From assembly GCF_025273655.1 (NCBI RefSeq), contig NZ_CP045921.1, positions 870,001 to 902,000 on the forward strand: a stretch of 32,000 bases of DNA, given 5' to 3'. Below are positions 30,830 to 32,000 of this stretch, in pieces. The notes below the pieces were generated by a model that had not been told where the DNA came from, ran no database searches, and saw nothing but the letters and a program-made list of their open reading frames with translations. The DNA comes from Candidatus Saccharimonadota bacterium (lineage in GTDB: Bacteria > Patescibacteriota > Saccharimonadia > Saccharimonadales > Saccharimonadaceae). Positions within the stretch are counted from its first letter, which is position 1. Every line of letters starts with the position of its first letter. Both the position numbers and the translations under genes were made by a program.

Positions 30830-30895
30830 AGCTTAAGTTTAGCATAGAGATATTGCCTTGCGATTCGCTGGAAGCCCGCGGATACGCTGAAGTTT

Positions 30896-30942
30896 CTCCA
30901 TAGAAAAAGACTCATCACGGAGATGAGTCTTTTTCTATGGAG
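30896..30942 (-). terminator. Intrinsic terminator after tRNA-Lys, extended to a 21-bp perfect hairpin
   Basis: CTCCATAGAAAAAGACTCATC (30896-30916), loop acgga, GATGAGTCTTTTTCTATGGAG (30922-30942). On the minus strand this reads an apical 8-bp stem GACUCAUC/GAUGAGUC followed by U5. The outer stem pairs with the tRNA 3' end, including CCA. Confidence 0.6.
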
Positions 30943-31014
30943 GGACCACTGGGGCTTGAACCCAGGACACCCTGCTTAAAAGGCAGGTGCTCTAACCAGC
31001 TGAGCTATGGTCCC
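30938..31014 (-). tRNA. tRNA-Lys: tRNA-Lys (anticodon UUU), CCA encoded
   Basis: Reverse complement: GGGACCA TA GCTC AGCTGGTTA GAGC A CCTGC CTTTTAA GCAGG GTGTC CTGGG TTCAAGC CCCAG TGGTCCC T CCA. This folds as a full cloverleaf, with anticodon loop C-U-UUU-A-A. Confidence 0.93.
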
Positions 31015-31059
31015 AAATTGTTAATTCATGAAAGCTATATTCAGCTTTTCGCTCCGTAC

Positions 31060-31089
31060 ATATTAGCATGCACCTCTGATATTTGTCAA
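31060..31089 (-). promoter_or_regulatory. Candidate promoter TTGACA-18-TAATAT for tRNA-Lys
   Basis: Minus strand reads caTTGACAaatatcagaggtgcatgcTAATATgtacgg. The -35 box overlaps the stop codon of the upstream membrane-protein gene. It would give a leader of about 40 nt containing the hairpin AAAGCTgaatatAGCTTT. Confidence 0.5.
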
Positions 31090-31577
31090 TGTTTTGCGTG
31101 ATGCTCGTCTTTTTTGCCGCCACTCGATCGGGCATGCATGATATCTACTACCGCCCCAGCTAGTGCTCCCGTGAGGATAATCTGCTGATACTGCACGAGA
31201 AAGTCAAAGACTTGCTTGCCCGGACCCATCAACACTAGCGTATATTGCAGTGCATCGAGGCTGAATACTACCGCCAGCACAGCATAGAGGAGCGATCCAA
31301 TCAATCGCCCGCGCTTCGTCTTGTACGTCGGCCCACCAAATAGCAGTACCACCGACGGCAACAAAATCACCGCCAGTGTTGCAAGTGTCACAGGCGACAC
31401 CATCTCTAGCTCAATACCGCTATTACTCACGAGATCAGCGATGCTCGTTTCCCATAGCTTGCTCAGTACATACCCAGCTGCCAACGCCAGACCTAGTACA
31501 CCAAAGCGCCGCTTCGTCATGTAGGCAAATACAAATAGCAGTAGTACAATTGCGCCGACAATCACCGCCACTTCCAT
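31086..31577 (-). CDS. Hypothetical integral membrane protein (4-5 TM helices)
   Basis: 163 aa, hydrophobic throughout, with a basic C-terminal tail (SSGGKKDEHHAKH). The start lies 1 nt after the upstream gene's stop. No family recognised. Confidence 0.5.
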   Translation of the reverse strand: MEVAVIVGAIVLLLFVFAYMTKRRFGVLGLALAAGYVLSKLWETSIADLVSNSGIELEMVSPVTLATLAVILLPSVVLLFGGPTYKTKRGRLIGSLLYAVLAVVFSLDALQYTLVLMGPGKQVFDFLVQYQQIILTGALAGAVVDIMHARSSGGKKDEHHAKH

Positions 31578-31578
31578 G

Positions 31579-32000
31579 CTAGCCGCCGTACTCGAAATTA
31601 ACTATCTTACCGGGCGAGATATTGTATTTTGTCACCGCTCCAGCAGGTAGAATCAGCACATAGCGAGACTTGCCGCCGGGCTTGTACGTGCTTGTCGACG
31701 AAGGACGTGCGTCTTTGGCTACATACGCTACTTTTTTGCCTTCCGAAATCCATGCGATATCGACAGAGAACTTATTGCCTTGTGTGCGAATCGGCCACTC
31801 ACCACTATAATCGTAGACCATCAATAGCGCCTGATCATCCGACATTGTACCAAGACCCGTCACACCAGCACTACGCCGATCTTCGGTATCCGCTACGTCA
31901 GCACGAAACGTCTTAGCTCCCACCGACACATCCGTCGCACCGAGTGACTCGGGCCAAAACTTCCAGGCAACAAACAATACTAGCGCGCCTACGACAAGCA
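31579..32000 (-). CDS. DUF192 domain-containing protein; N-terminus runs off the right edge
   Basis: FRADVADTEDRRSAGVTGLGTMSDDQALLMVYDYSGEWPIRTQGNKFSVDIAWISEGKKVAYV...YVLILPAGAVTKYNISPGKIVNF fits the DUF192 (COG1430) pattern. The frame stays open upstream of the track TTG start (…LVVGALVLFVAWKFW reads as a TM helix), so the true start is outside the window. Confidence 0.7.
   Translation of the reverse strand, partial: LVVGALVLFVAWKFWPESLGATDVSVGAKTFRADVADTEDRRSAGVTGLGTMSDDQALLMVYDYSGEWPIRTQGNKFSVDIAWISEGKKVAYVAKDARPSSTSTYKPGGKSRYVLILPAGAVTKYNISPGKIVNFEYGG

Noticed and set aside
30896-31014. tRNA-Lys 3' region as an integration (att) site or mobile-element boundary
   Set aside because: The repeat is inverted rather than direct and covers only 5 nt of the tRNA. 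No integrase, transposase or second att copy is present in the window. It is better explained as a terminator.

Overview
Very compact bacterial window of roughly 50% GC. Adjacent genes often overlap by 1-4 nt, and convergent genes share stop codons. All domain, family and taxonomic calls below come from reading the translations and DNA by eye; no database search was run.

The gene content suggests a reduced-genome monoderm, most plausibly Candidatus Saccharibacteria (TM7) or another CPR lineage. Supporting features are a type IV pilus machine without a secretin, a half-size TsaB, a ComEC without its nuclease domain, and lamin-tail-domain surface proteins.

Layout:
- 1-8.5 kb: accessory-type genes. 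These are a YdeI-like protein, a Crp/Fnr regulator, DUF1761, a decayed sulfatase, DUF427, two reductase-family proteins, DUF4385, a major type IV pilin, a DUF2975 + YozG-type HTH pair, a LysM-CHAP hydrolase and a His-rich DUF4396 cluster.
- 8.5-11.5 kb: Nudix hydrolase, rny, tsaB and tsaE.
- 11.6-17.8 kb: type IV pilus operon pilB-pilC-pilM-pilN-pilO-like, followed by a 91-aa protein and a PRC-barrel protein.
- 17.8-30.8 kb: recX-recA and a second pilin. These are followed by a long minus-strand run: tRNA-Lys, comEC, yebC, a triple-LTD surface protein, ruvC, a degenerate kinase-like protein, PBP1A, ruvA, a HIT-like protein, ruvB and a PH-domain membrane protein.

Main hunt results:
1. A DNA-uptake/recombination supercluster. 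Its least explained member is a membrane-anchored triple-LTD protein with four C-x12-C repeats, proposed here as an extracellular DNA receptor working with the nuclease-less ComEC.
2. A recurrent -10 box (mostly TATACT) sits 6-9 nt upstream of about 15 start codons that lack a good SD. This implies widespread leaderless transcripts coexisting with SD-led genes.
3. Unrelated genes (pseudokinase-like, PBP1A, HIT-like, LTD) are inserted into the canonical yebC-ruvCAB unit.
4. The distal pilus operon carries unassigned accessory genes.
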